Source: a virus
DNA: 64,000 nucleotides
Direction: 5' to 3' (one strand)
IMG/VR virus record: IMGVR_UViG_2858635475_000003
Location: 1,400 to 65,399 of that record
Shown piece by piece: positions 28,520 to 37,956 of this stretch (its first letter is position 1; every line of letters starts with the position of its first letter). The position numbers and the translations under genes are program-made. The notes under the pieces are model-generated. The model saw only the letters and a list, made by a program, of their open reading frames with translations. It had not been told where the DNA came from and did no database searches.

Positions 28520-29137
28520 ATGGGTACGCAGAACCGCATCAAATGGGATGATCGAAGTGTTGCCACGGCGAGCAGCCTGTGGGCCAGCGGCAAGTCCGTC
28601 ACCGATCTCGCGAGGCATTTCGATGTCAGCCGCAGCACCATCTCAGGCATGATCCTGCGCAACCGGGAAAAGTTCGAGAACCGGTCACGGGCTCCGGTTC
28701 AGCGAATTGAATGGAGCGAGCAGAGCATCGACAAGGCGGTTGCTCTCTGGAAGGAAGGCCGATCGGTCCGCGAGATTGCGGAAAACCTCAACGTTCCGAC
28801 CAGCCAGGCGAACGCCGTGATCTATCGCAACTATCGTGATCGGTTTCCGGTTAGATCGGGGAGCCGCAAACCGCCAAAGCCGGTCGGAGCGCCTGAGGTC
28901 GCCACGTCGTTCGTAAGCACCCAGGCGTCCGAGCGCTACGACTTCACGCAATACCAGATCGAGGGCACGGAACCGGTGCCATACTGGAAGCTCTCAGGCA
29001 GTCAGTGCCATTTTCCCCTCGAACGCTTTGAGGCTGTCAGCGGTCCCGAGACGCCGTGTTGCGGCCAGGGCAATCTCGAAGGGCGGTCCTACTGTAACAC
29101 CCACTGGAAGCTGATGCATGAGGTGAAGGTGCGATGA
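28520..29137 (+). CDS. GcrA-like cell-cycle regulator homologue with duplicated N-terminal DNA-binding domain
   Basis: Two GcrA-N-like repeats (W-DDRSV..LW.SGKSVTDLA..FDVSR.TI.G ; WSEQSI..ALWKEGRSVREIA..LNVP). C-terminal FCG/PYC-x-TH-like block (CCGQGNLEGRSYCNTHWKL). Confidence 0.7.
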   Translation: MGTQNRIKWDDRSVATASSLWASGKSVTDLARHFDVSRSTISGMILRNREKFENRSRAPVQRIEWSEQSIDKAVALWKEGRSVREIAENLNVPTSQANAVIYRNYRDRFPVRSGSRKPPKPVGAPEVATSFVSTQASERYDFTQYQIEGTEPVPYWKLSGSQCHFPLERFEAVSGPETPCCGQGNLEGRSYCNTHWKLMHEVKVR

Positions 29138-29520
29138 ACATCGTCGATTATATGCGCGATATGACCGATCAAATCGGCCGGTCCATGGGCATTCGTGAGG
29201 ACCTTTTGCGTTCCGAGGGGGTTCGCTCAACAGCCCGTGCCGTAGCAATCTCATTTGAGCAGCAACGAGCGCGGGTTTTTCGGCAGCGCAAGGAGTTGGA
29301 ACCGGTAGTGACGAGGATCTTCAATGACTTCCTCATAACGATCATCACGCCACGGCAACCACGCACTGCCGACATGCAGACGATGATCGATGACATCCAC
29401 CGCGTTGAACCTGTTCCACATCTGCGAACCGCAGAAAAAATCGAGGACGCAAAGCGCAAAGTGGCGAAGTCCTTTCGTGATGATTTCGACAGGATGCGAA
29501 CCGCGGGGTTGCTGCGATGA
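29134..29520 (+). CDS. hypothetical protein
   Basis: ATGA-coupled. Confidence 0.45.
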   Translation: MNIVDYMRDMTDQIGRSMGIREDLLRSEGVRSTARAVAISFEQQRARVFRQRKELEPVVTRIFNDFLITIITPRQPRTADMQTMIDDIHRVEPVPHLRTAEKIEDAKRKVAKSFRDDFDRMRTAGLLR

Positions 29521-29777
29521 ACCTCCCAATCACTAGCAAGTCCAAACATGCACTCGAACTGCAAGCCTATTACGTCTGGTGCGGCGCCAGTTCCGGCCGG
29601 CAGTTCGCCCGATCGGACGACCCTGACACCAGACTACGGGCTTGGGTCCGCTTGGACCCTCTCTCCCGCGTCAACAATGAGAAGTTCCCCTCGCTCACCC
29701 GCATCGCGCAAGACGCCGCACGGGATATTCGCCTGCAACTGGAAGCCTGGGAAGCTATGGAGCTATGGAGAACTTGA
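29517..29777 (+). CDS. hypothetical protein
   Basis: Coupled ORF. Confidence 0.4.
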   Translation: MNLPITSKSKHALELQAYYVWCGASSGRQFARSDDPDTRLRAWVRLDPLSRVNNEKFPSLTRIAQDAARDIRLQLEAWEAMELWRT

Positions 29778-29778
29778 G

Positions 29779-29943
29779 ATGAAGATCACCTATGAAGAAC
29801 GCGGAAGTAACGTGTTCACCAATGTCTCCTATGCCGACGAGAACGGCGTGCCCATGTACAGCCGGTTCGGGGAATACAAGAGCAAATCCCAGGTTGAGCA
29901 CTTTCTGGCTTGGGCGAGAAAGAACGATCGGAACGCCAAATGA
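29779..29943 (+). CDS. hypothetical small protein
   Basis: 54 aa; ATG 2 nt after the upstream stop. Confidence 0.35.
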   Translation: MKITYEERGSNVFTNVSYADENGVPMYSRFGEYKSKSQVEHFLAWARKNDRNAK

Positions 29944-30347
29944 TCGCCTGGATCGTCAAACTGCTCACCGGCTCCGTGCTCGACCGTCTGACCGGCTTGT
30001 ACGAAAAGAAACTGCAGGCCGATGGCGCCGCGCAGAAACTGGCCGCCGAGTTCGCCGTCAGGCAGATCGAAGCCGATCTCGAAGTGCGGCAGAACGCCAA
30101 GGAAATCCGACTGGCGACCGCAGGGTTTTGGGAAATGCGCACCATCACGTTCCTCATCGCCCTCCCCTTCGTGATCCACCTGTGGGCGGTCGGGCTCGAT
30201 ACCGTTTTTCGGTTCGGTTGGGGCGTACCGAAGTTCCCGAGTCCCATGGACGAATGGGAGGGGGCAATCCTGCTTTCGTTCTTCGGCGTGCAGGTAATTT
30301 CACGTGGATTCGACACGCTGGCGTTCATATTCAGGGGTAAGAAGTGA
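29940..30347 (+). CDS. hypothetical membrane protein
   Basis: Two or three hydrophobic helices (ITFLIALPFVIHLWAVGL; AILLSFFGVQVI). Confidence 0.45.
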   Translation: MIAWIVKLLTGSVLDRLTGLYEKKLQADGAAQKLAAEFAVRQIEADLEVRQNAKEIRLATAGFWEMRTITFLIALPFVIHLWAVGLDTVFRFGWGVPKFPSPMDEWEGAILLSFFGVQVISRGFDTLAFIFRGKK

Positions 30348-30640
30348 TGGAAAAGATCGTTGCTGCCGCTGTTTTCTATAAGCCAGAAAAACTTGATCCG
30401 AAGTGCCCCGATTATCGCGGTCTCATTTTCTCTGTTCCCGCACCTGGTCGGCACAGTGACGTGTTGATCCCGTTGAGCCAGATGCATGAAGACGCAGCGC
30501 TCGCATGTGAGCAAGGGTTTCTGACAGATCGAGGCCGTTTTGCCAACAGGGTAGCCGCCAAGGCACTCGTGCGCAGAAACAGGCAGCCGACCATCCGCGA
30601 CACACATCCAACGCAATTGTTTTCAGAGGATCTGTGGTGA
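30347..30640 (+). CDS. hypothetical protein
   Basis: Coupled ORF. Confidence 0.4.
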   Translation: MEKIVAAAVFYKPEKLDPKCPDYRGLIFSVPAPGRHSDVLIPLSQMHEDAALACEQGFLTDRGRFANRVAAKALVRRNRQPTIRDTHPTQLFSEDLW

Positions 30641-30993
30641 TGAAAGCCAAAAATCTGAAGGTCACTGCGGAATTTCTGTATGATCGTGCAATGCGATCTG
30701 TTCGCGCCGGCTATTCAATTCAACGGTGGGTGTGGTTCTGTGGAGAGATGTTGCAGCGTGGTTTCGATGTGCTGCTCTATGAGGCAAAGCACACCAACTC
30801 GAAATACGTGACGGTCATGGAAGGCGAGCGCAAATTTAAGGTCCGTTTCAGTGATCACAAACCAATTCCGGCTCGCGAAAAGAACAGTGATTGCGACTTC
30901 TTCGTCGGTAAAACCAACCTGACCGTGACGAACAATTCACAGGCGCTGGAAGCCACATTGAGGTTCTTCCGGACGGACAAAATATCTGCTTGA
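30640..30993 (+). CDS. hypothetical protein
   Basis: Coupled ORF; 117 aa. Confidence 0.45.
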   Translation: MKAKNLKVTAEFLYDRAMRSVRAGYSIQRWVWFCGEMLQRGFDVLLYEAKHTNSKYVTVMEGERKFKVRFSDHKPIPAREKNSDCDFFVGKTNLTVTNNSQALEATLRFFRTDKISA

Positions 30994-31053
30994 CCGCGTT
31001 TTTATAATCAACTATTTGTTGATTTAACCAATCAAACCCTGAAAGGAAACAGC

Positions 31054-31431
31054 ATGAACGTCTTCAACAAATTGGCAGGCGGTGATTTCGTCAGCACATT
31101 CCGCTTCGGCGCACCGCTCGGCGATGCCGCTGCGATCGATCGTCGCCTGACCACCATCGCGCAGATCACACGCGGCAAGGGTTTCCGCCTCTATCCCGGC
31201 AAGCCGGTGCGCACTGTCGGTGGCAAGACGCGGGCCGAGCGCAAGGCAGAACGGGTTGAGCGCGCAAATGAAGCAACCGCCACCTATCACGCCAATCTGC
31301 ACAAGGCTCGCGATCTTGGCCTGATCGGTATTGGCTACGTTTCGCCTGACCACGTGGCGAAGCTGCTGTCGGAGCATGCCGGCGTTCCCGCGAAGACGAA
31401 GAGGCCCCGCGCCAAAAAGGTTACCGCTTAA
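31054..31431 (+). CDS. hypothetical basic protein
   Basis: Dyad motif at 31006-31029; Lys/Arg-rich C-terminus. Confidence 0.45.
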   Translation: MNVFNKLAGGDFVSTFRFGAPLGDAAAIDRRLTTIAQITRGKGFRLYPGKPVRTVGGKTRAERKAERVERANEATATYHANLHKARDLGLIGIGYVSPDHVAKLLSEHAGVPAKTKRPRAKKVTA

Positions 31432-31461
31432 CCAACAAGTCACCTATTTGTGGATATCGAA

Positions 31462-31587
31462 ATGGCACTCAGGCTTATCGGCGCTTGTGTCGTCGTCACT
31501 CTGATCGCAATCGGCGCAACCTGGTTGCTCAACAATGTCCGCATCAAGCGGAATAACCGTCGCCCAAGGAGGGGCAAAACAGAATGA
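31462..31587 (+). CDS. 41-aa single-TM peptide coupled to the SPFH gene
   Basis: MALRLIGACVVVTLIAIGATWLLNN + basic tail. Preceded by the dyad motif; ATGA overlap with the next gene. Confidence 0.4.
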   Translation: MALRLIGACVVVTLIAIGATWLLNNVRIKRNNRRPRRGKTE

Positions 31588-32447
31588 ACCCTGCGTCTAT
31601 CGTCAAAACTGTTTTCTTTGGTCTGATAGCCATTGTCGCCGCTTCCGTCCTCGGCGGATCATTTTACACCGTCGATGAGGGCGAGCGCGCCGTTGTGGTC
31701 AGCCAAGGCAAGGTCTCCGGTGTATCGGCGCCTGGATTCCACTGGAAGGCTCCATTCATCACCGACGCGCATATCATCAGTGTTCGCACCCAGGCGATCG
31801 AGTTCAAGGACGAGCCGGTTTACACAGCAGACCGGCAGACTGCGACCGTAACGTTCTCGGTCAACTATGCGGCCACGCCCACAGATGCAGAGATCACCAC
31901 TCTATATCGTGAATTTCAGACTCTCGACGGCATCGAGACCCGCGCCCTGAAGCGTCAGGTTCGCGAGCAGATCAAAAACGTATTCGGCACATTCACGGCT
32001 GACACCGCTATCCGCGAGCGCGGCCGGCTGAATACTGAGGTTAGCGCGACCATTGCCACGCTCGGCGAACCTTTGATCAAGATTGAAGGCGTAAACATCG
32101 AGAATATCGACTTCTCCGACGCCGTCGAGCAGGCAGCCGAAGATCGCGCCAAAGCGGAAATGCTGGTGCAGACCGAAAAGCAGAAGCTTGCACGCGAAAA
32201 GGTGATCGCCGAGATCGCGGTCACACAGGCTCAAGCGCAGGCTGACAGCCAGGTCGCCACCGCCAAAGCAAATGCAGAAGCTGTACGATTGAACGGTGAA
32301 GCCGAGGCGGCCGCTATCAAGGCGAAATCTGACGCACTGGCATCGAGCCCCAACCTGGTCGAACTCACCAAAGCGGAAAAATGGAACGGCGCACTGCCCA
32401 CCACCATGGTTCCGGATGCCACCCTCCCCTTCATGCGCATGAACTGA
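31584..32447 (+). CDS. SPFH/band-7 (prohibitin/HflC-like) membrane protein
   Basis: N-terminal TM then an SPFH core (FYTVDEGERAVVVSQGKVSGVSAPGFHWKAPFI...), followed by an Ala/Glu/Gln-rich coiled coil. Confidence 0.75.
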   Translation: MNPASIVKTVFFGLIAIVAASVLGGSFYTVDEGERAVVVSQGKVSGVSAPGFHWKAPFITDAHIISVRTQAIEFKDEPVYTADRQTATVTFSVNYAATPTDAEITTLYREFQTLDGIETRALKRQVREQIKNVFGTFTADTAIRERGRLNTEVSATIATLGEPLIKIEGVNIENIDFSDAVEQAAEDRAKAEMLVQTEKQKLAREKVIAEIAVTQAQAQADSQVATAKANAEAVRLNGEAEAAAIKAKSDALASSPNLVELTKAEKWNGALPTTMVPDATLPFMRMN

Positions 32448-32515
32448 GTGACGGTTTCGGTCACCGGCAGGTCAGAGATGCCGGATTCCCAACCCGCCAC
32501 CAAGGAACCCTGACC

Positions 32516-33091
32516 ATGGATGAGCAACGAATTCAGATGATCATCGACAATAGCTTCAAGAACTTCCACGCGAAGGGGCTGGACTATATCTGCCTGAAAC
32601 GAACGCCGGAGCACACACGGAAGGCCTACTTCCTGAACGGTGATGTGACGAAGCTACCCGACGTGGTTAACCCGCACGATCATCGCTACCACTTCGATAC
32701 GACCGTTATTTGTGGGACGATGTCGAACTCGGAATACATCGAGAGTAGCTACGGCTCAGTTTACCAGCAGTTCGAGTGGCGCACCCCGCTCAACGGCGGC
32801 GACGGTTTCACCTGGAAACGAGAGACGAAACTTTTCGAGATCCAGCGCACCGGTTACCGTCCCGGCGAACAATACCGCATGAAGGCAGACGAATTTCACA
32901 CCATCCGTATGCACTCGGATCAGGTGATCATCATCCTCGATCAGTACGAAGACGTTGTGCCAGTCGACCAACCGACGCTCACCTTCATGCAATCGGACAA
33001 GGCTCCCGACCTCAACGGCCTGTATGAGCGCTTCACCGCGGACGACGTCTTAGATCGACTGACAGTTCTTCGGAATTTTGACGTCGAGTAA
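32516..33091 (+). CDS. hypothetical protein
   Basis: 191 aa ORF. Confidence 0.5.
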   Translation: MDEQRIQMIIDNSFKNFHAKGLDYICLKRTPEHTRKAYFLNGDVTKLPDVVNPHDHRYHFDTTVICGTMSNSEYIESSYGSVYQQFEWRTPLNGGDGFTWKRETKLFEIQRTGYRPGEQYRMKADEFHTIRMHSDQVIIILDQYEDVVPVDQPTLTFMQSDKAPDLNGLYERFTADDVLDRLTVLRNFDVE

Positions 33092-33122
33092 AAATCAACC
33101 ATTTGTAGAGAAAGCTCTGAAA

Positions 33123-33689
33123 ATGATCTCCAACATCCGAGAAATGCAGAAGCGCATCCATGCCCTGAACCACCGTTGGTGGCACGACGAGGCCGGCAAC
33201 CGGCTCGACCGTAACAAGGGTGAACTTATCTGCCTGTTTCATTCTGAGGTGTCCGAAGCAACCGAAGGTGCCCTCACCAACGCCATGGACGACAAGCTTC
33301 CGCATCGCCGGATGGACGAGGTGGAGATGGGTGACACCTACATCCGCGTTCTCGATTATGCGGAAGGTTTTGGGCACGACCTGGAATCGGCCGAGATTAC
33401 CGTATTTCCCGGCTGCCGCCGCTATTTCTACAATACCTCGGATGAAGGTAAGCTCGCGCAGCACGCCATCATCCACATGCATCTCAGCAAAGCAATGGAG
33501 TGCGAGCGGAAGGGAAATACTGCCAATGTCGCACGATGGCTCAATGGTGCACTTCATCTGATCGAGCAGTATTGCACACTTCACCGGTACGACTTGTTCG
33601 CCGCCATCGGCGAGAAGCTCGCCTATAACCAGCAGCGGCAAGACCACACCTACGAAGCCCGTGCGCAAGCCAACGGCAAGAAGTGGTGA
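33123..33689 (+). CDS. MazG-like nucleotide pyrophosphohydrolase
   Basis: EVEMGDTYIRVLDYAEGFGHDLESA resembles the MazG EExxE/D catalytic helix pair. Confidence 0.55.
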   Translation: MISNIREMQKRIHALNHRWWHDEAGNRLDRNKGELICLFHSEVSEATEGALTNAMDDKLPHRRMDEVEMGDTYIRVLDYAEGFGHDLESAEITVFPGCRRYFYNTSDEGKLAQHAIIHMHLSKAMECERKGNTANVARWLNGALHLIEQYCTLHRYDLFAAIGEKLAYNQQRQDHTYEARAQANGKKW

Positions 33690-33694
33690 TCGGT

Positions 33695-34027
33695 ATGGCG
33701 ATCCTCATATACCTCGTCGCCGCTCACTTCCTTTTTGACTACGCCCTGCAGGGCGACTGGATGAGCAGAGCGAAAAACCTGAAGCTCGATCTCGTGCTTG
33801 GCGAAACGATCTGGCCGCTGACATTGTTCGGGCACGCCCTCATTCACGCAACGGCTGTCCAACTCATCACCGGAAGCTGGATCTTGTTCACGGCCGAATT
33901 GGTCCTCCACACCTGGACTGATTACGAAAAGTGCCGCGGCAGTTTCGGATACAATACCGATCAGTTCATCCACATCGGCTGCAAAGTCGCATATGCTGCC
34001 GCACTGTTCTTTGAGGTGCTGGCATGA
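33695..34027 (+). CDS. hypothetical membrane protein
   Basis: Hydrophobic helices; ATG after the MazG stop. Confidence 0.4.
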   Translation: MAILIYLVAAHFLFDYALQGDWMSRAKNLKLDLVLGETIWPLTLFGHALIHATAVQLITGSWILFTAELVLHTWTDYEKCRGSFGYNTDQFIHIGCKVAYAAALFFEVLA

Positions 34028-34371
34028 ACATCGCCCTCGACTACGATTCCACCTACACGGCCGATCCGACCATGTGGGATGCATTCATCGAAATGGCGAC
34101 ACAGGTTTTTGGACATGACATCCGCATTGTGACCGCTCGTGATGACCGTCATGACCGAACCCCTGCTCTAATCGCTCTCGAAATGCGGCTGCCGGTCATC
34201 TACTGCCGTGGCGTTGCCAAGAGATGGTATCTGTCGCACCACGGCGAAGGGTTTGTCCCGCAGATTTGGATCGACGACAAGCCGGAGTCGATCTTGGAAA
34301 ACTCCACATTCGCTCCCGACAAGCTGGCGGAATGGCGTGCCAACCGCGTGGGCGAAGACGGCTGCGCGTAA
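34024..34371 (+). CDS. HAD-like phosphatase (candidate 5'-nucleotidase)
   Basis: N-terminal DxDxT (ALDYDST) HAD motif I. Confidence 0.45.
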   Translation: MNIALDYDSTYTADPTMWDAFIEMATQVFGHDIRIVTARDDRHDRTPALIALEMRLPVIYCRGVAKRWYLSHHGEGFVPQIWIDDKPESILENSTFAPDKLAEWRANRVGEDGCA

Positions 34372-34400
34372 AATCAACCATTTGTTGAAGGACAACCCTG

Positions 34401-35246
34401 ATGAATAACGTCGACAACCAGTACATCAGCACGCTGCGAAATCTCCTGGTCAACGGTATCTACCGAGAAGGCCGGAATGGTGGCACCTACGGTCTGTTCG
34501 GTCACCAGATGCGCTTCAATCTGGCCGAAGGATTTCCGCTGTTGACCACCAAGAAAGTTCACTTCCACTCGATCCTCGTTGAACTTTTATGGTTCCTGCG
34601 CGGCGACACGAACATCAAGTTCTTGCATGATCACGGCGTCACTATTTGGGATGAATGGGCTGACGAAAAAGGCGAACTCGGGCCGGTGTACGGGGCACAG
34701 TGGCGCAATTGGTACGGCGCGCATGTCATCGAAGGTACTAGCGATGACGGTGTGATCATTTCCCATAAGGACCAGATCACCGATCTCATCGACGGCATCA
34801 AGAATGACCCTCACGGTCGCCGGCATATCGTGACTGCATGGAATCCGGCCGAAATCGAAAACATGGCATTACCCCCATGCCACTGCCTGTTTCAGTTCCA
34901 TGTCGCCAAGGGTAAACTCTCTTGTCAACTTTATCAGAGATCCGCCGACTGGTTCTTGGGCGTACCCTTCAACATCGCCAGTTACGCACTGCTGACCCAT
35001 CTCGTGGCGCGAGAAACAGGGCTTGAGGTCGGTGACTTCATCCACACATTTGGCGATCTCCACCTCTACGCCAACCACGTAAATCAGGCATGGGAGCAGG
35101 TCGATAGAGAACCACGCCGGCTGCCAACCCTCAAGATCATGGACTTCGGCCAATCGATCCTGGTGAAGGACGACTATGGGGTTGATGACTTTGTGCTGGA
35201 AAACTACGACCCGCACCCTGTCATCCGGGCCGCAGTGTCGAAATGA
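34401..35246 (+). CDS. thyA: thymidylate synthase
   Basis: Full-length ThyA with conserved blocks ([34 protein letters not shown] active-site Cys, [16 protein letters not shown]). Confidence 0.9.
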   Translation: MNNVDNQYISTLRNLLVNGIYREGRNGGTYGLFGHQMRFNLAEGFPLLTTKKVHFHSILVELLWFLRGDTNIKFLHDHGVTIWDEWADEKGELGPVYGAQWRNWYGAHVIEGTSDDGVIISHKDQITDLIDGIKNDPHGRRHIVTAWNPAEIENMALPPCHCLFQFHVAKGKLSCQLYQRSADWFLGVPFNIASYALLTHLVARETGLEVGDFIHTFGDLHLYANHVNQAWEQVDREPRRLPTLKIMDFGQSILVKDDYGVDDFVLENYDPHPVIRAAVSK

Positions 35247-35527
35247 CCTACGATCGCAACGCCACCCTGACCAATGCGCAGCCGGATGAACCATGGACGG
35301 CAGACCGGCTGCTCGACCTCATGGAGTCCATTCCACCGGTTTCGGACCCCCTCAATGGCGCCACCACGCTCTACGTGCATCCTTCTCGCGTCAGTGATGC
35401 AGATCGGATCAACGAGGCTGCCGGTGGTCGCCTCCACATTCAAACCAGCAAACTCGCATCGCCGAACGTCATTGCCGGATTCAAGGGCGACGACTGCGTG
35501 GTGATCATCAAAACGGAGAAGTCATGA
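35243..35527 (+). CDS. hypothetical protein
   Basis: Coupled ORF. Confidence 0.4.
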   Translation: MTYDRNATLTNAQPDEPWTADRLLDLMESIPPVSDPLNGATTLYVHPSRVSDADRINEAAGGRLHIQTSKLASPNVIAGFKGDDCVVIIKTEKS

Positions 35528-36075
35528 AGATTGTCTTTATCAATGGCAAGAAGCGAGCCGGCAAGGACACGTTCGTCGGATACCTGGAGTCTTCTGCTCG
35601 CTTCCACAAAATCCGTGTTCAGGCAGTTTCATCTATCGACCCTGTGCGCGAGGCGCTGGCCTCCATGGGTATCGACATCAACCAGAAGACACCTGAGTTG
35701 CGTGCCGCCATGTCGGAGATCGGAGATGTTCTGCAGAACAGGTTCCAGTTTCGATCGAAGTGGGTTTGCATGCGCGCCCTCGATGCGGACTTGGATTCCG
35801 CTCACATTTTCGTCGTCCATATGCGCGAACCCGAGATAATAGAGCAAACGATCGCTCTGCTGGCGCAATTCGATTTCCACGACGTGACGAAAATCTTCAT
35901 CGAATCTGATCGCGGTGACGTTGAGGAAAACAGTAACGCATCGGATCGGGATGTTTGGCGCGAGGGCTTCTATGACGAAGTCTATCCGAACAACGGCACC
36001 GTCCAGGAATTATCGCACAAGGCTGGCGCTTTTCTGAAAAAGCTGTTTCCGGGGCGCACTGGCGTCTTGCGCTAA
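35524..36075 (+). CDS. deoxynucleoside monophosphate kinase (T4 gp1-like)
   Basis: N-terminus [16 protein letters not shown] closely parallels T4 dNMP kinase MKLIFLSGVKRSGKDT. Confidence 0.65.
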   Translation: MKIVFINGKKRAGKDTFVGYLESSARFHKIRVQAVSSIDPVREALASMGIDINQKTPELRAAMSEIGDVLQNRFQFRSKWVCMRALDADLDSAHIFVVHMREPEIIEQTIALLAQFDFHDVTKIFIESDRGDVEENSNASDRDVWREGFYDEVYPNNGTVQELSHKAGAFLKKLFPGRTGVLR

Positions 36076-36125
36076 GCAAATAATCAACATATAGTTGACT
36101 AACACCACAAAAAGGAGTCGGGCGA

Positions 36126-36298
36126 TGGATCAGCCCATCTACCAGCGCATCGTGACGGAAAGTCATCTGGATGCGGAATGCCAGAAGTTCGTCGAGCGCG
36201 AGTTTCCGAAAGCCGTGCGCGCCGTGAACCGGTTCAGCGGCAAGGCCAATCCACCGGCTGCCGTCAAGTCCGCGGAGGGTCGTCCCGATGGTCGATAA
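36126..36298 (+). CDS. hypothetical small protein
   Basis: AAAGGAG SD. Confidence 0.35.
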
Positions 36299-36533
36299 CA
36301 GGGTTTTCGAGCGCATCAAGAACACGATGGTCAACTGCCAGCAGTTCCCGGCCGACCTGATCACGCCAGATGCGTCGATCGACAGTCTCGGCGGCGACAG
36401 CCTGGACGACATCGAGTTGGCGATCCTGCTCGAAGATGAATTCAACATCGAGATCAACGACGGTGCGTTCGACGTGAAGACGCCGATCTCGCAGATCGTA
36501 ACAGCAATCGAAGGGATCATGGCGGATGGCTAA
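36288..36533 (+). CDS. acyl carrier protein-like protein
   Basis: Phosphopantetheine-attachment signature [26 protein letters not shown] (cf. [20 protein letters not shown]). Confidence 0.65.
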   Translation: MVDNRVFERIKNTMVNCQQFPADLITPDASIDSLGGDSLDDIELAILLEDEFNIEINDGAFDVKTPISQIVTAIEGIMADG

Positions 36534-36813
36534 GATCGGTCACAACAGCGGCGATGAAGACGACATCATGGGCACGACGGAGACGGTTGCTGCCGCCGAG
36601 CTTCGCCAGTTCGTCGAGCGGGTCGAAAGGCTGGAAGAAGAAAAGGCCGCCATCCAGGGCGACATCAAGGATGTGCTCGGAGAAGCCAAGGGTCGCGGCT
36701 ACGACACCAAGGCAATCCGCACCATCATCCGCCTGCGCAAGAAAGATGCGAACGAGCGGATCGAGGAAGAAACCATTCTGCAGACCTATATGGCTGCGCT
36801 CGGGATGGAGTGA
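36526..36813 (+). CDS. GapR-like nucleoid-associated protein (DUF2312/UPF0335)
   Basis: [70 protein letters not shown] matches the conserved GapR core. Confidence 0.75.
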   Translation: MAKIGHNSGDEDDIMGTTETVAAAELRQFVERVERLEEEKAAIQGDIKDVLGEAKGRGYDTKAIRTIIRLRKKDANERIEEETILQTYMAALGME

Positions 36814-36816
36814 CCG

Positions 36817-37029
36817 ATGACAATCCGTCTCTCCCAACCCCAAGCCGTTCTGCTCACCGAACTGCGCTCGGCCGGCAGCAAGGGCGTGTTCAAATCCACG
36901 GCTTACTCGCCGGCAGATCACCTCGTCGCCATGGGCTACGCCAAGTGGGCTCGCAGGTTCGACAATGGGCGTTCCGGCTGCCTGGTCATCACACCGAAGG
37001 GTGTGGCGTTTAAAGAGGGGCGCCTGTGA
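36817..37029 (+). CDS. hypothetical protein
   Basis: Coupled ORF. Confidence 0.4.
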   Translation: MTIRLSQPQAVLLTELRSAGSKGVFKSTAYSPADHLVAMGYAKWARRFDNGRSGCLVITPKGVAFKEGRL

Positions 37030-37241
37030 TGGCACAGCCGTTCTGGAAACGGGCACTTCTCGTCACAATCGATATCGGTGCGCTCGTGGCAGTAATCCTT
37101 TTGCTCTCGGCTTTGATCGCCGCGGTGCTGACCATCTCGCTACCAGTTCATGAGGATTATCTTTCTGTCTTGCGACGGGTCACGCTTCTGAACGCGGCTT
37201 TTGTTGCAGCGAAACTGTTCTTTGGTTGGGTGCAGAAATGA
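37026..37241 (+). CDS. hypothetical membrane protein
   Basis: Two hydrophobic helices. Confidence 0.4.
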   Translation: MMAQPFWKRALLVTIDIGALVAVILLLSALIAAVLTISLPVHEDYLSVLRRVTLLNAAFVAAKLFFGWVQK

Positions 37242-37444
37242 CCCCCTCTTTCGTCGAGCGTTTGAGAGACAGCGGGTTTACCCACATTTCGTTCGACCTG
37301 TCGAAGGCTGTCACGATCACGGCTTGGCGGAAGACGGAGCGGAAGACATACAGTGCCTACATGGCGCCTAGTCTGGCTGCCGCAGAAGCGCACATCCTCG
37401 CTCAACTGAAACCTGAACCAGATTTTTCGGATGTCCTCGGATGA
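37238..37444 (+). CDS. hypothetical small protein ending DFSDVLG
   Basis: C-terminal tail motif; ATGA-coupled. Confidence 0.4.
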   Translation: MTPSFVERLRDSGFTHISFDLSKAVTITAWRKTERKTYSAYMAPSLAAAEAHILAQLKPEPDFSDVLG

Positions 37445-37680
37445 GCGCTGATTTTCAAAAGTCCATCACGTTCTCGATCATGAGCGCCAAGGTCGAAGCG
37501 TTGGAAGACGCCATTCGTGCCATTCGCAATGCGCGGCAAGGCTTCCTTGAAGGAATACTCGGCGGCGAGGACATCGACGATTGCATTGACAGCGCGATCG
37601 AGTTGCTGCCGGAAAACGTGAAGCCAGACCGACGCAAGCAGCTAAAGCCCAAGGAGCCGTTCGATGACGTTCTCGGCTGA
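37441..37680 (+). CDS. hypothetical small protein ending PFDDVLG
   Basis: C-terminal tail motif. Confidence 0.45.
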   Translation: MSADFQKSITFSIMSAKVEALEDAIRAIRNARQGFLEGILGGEDIDDCIDSAIELLPENVKPDRRKQLKPKEPFDDVLG

Positions 37681-37948
37681 AGAACTGGTGTCCCTGCTGG
37701 ATGAGGCCATGACAAGCGGCGACTGGCACTCGGTTCGCATCTTCAATGGTGCGGCTGTCAGCAGCCCCGGCATTCTGGTGAGCATGGGTCGCGATCACAG
37801 TTCATTCACTGTCGACCAGCTTTCTGCCGAAGCGCGTCCATCCGAAAAGCTGCTTTGGCTGCTGAGAGACAATCTGCGCCGAGGAAGTGCGGGCGCACCT
37901 GAACTAACATCGAGCGATCCTATGGCTGATCTGCTCGAAGACATTTAG
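37664..37948 (+). CDS. hypothetical protein
   Basis: 94 aa; ends ADLLEDI. Confidence 0.4.
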   Translation: MTFSAEELVSLLDEAMTSGDWHSVRIFNGAAVSSPGILVSMGRDHSSFTVDQLSAEARPSEKLLWLLRDNLRRGSAGAPELTSSDPMADLLEDI

Positions 37949-37956
37949 GAATTTCG

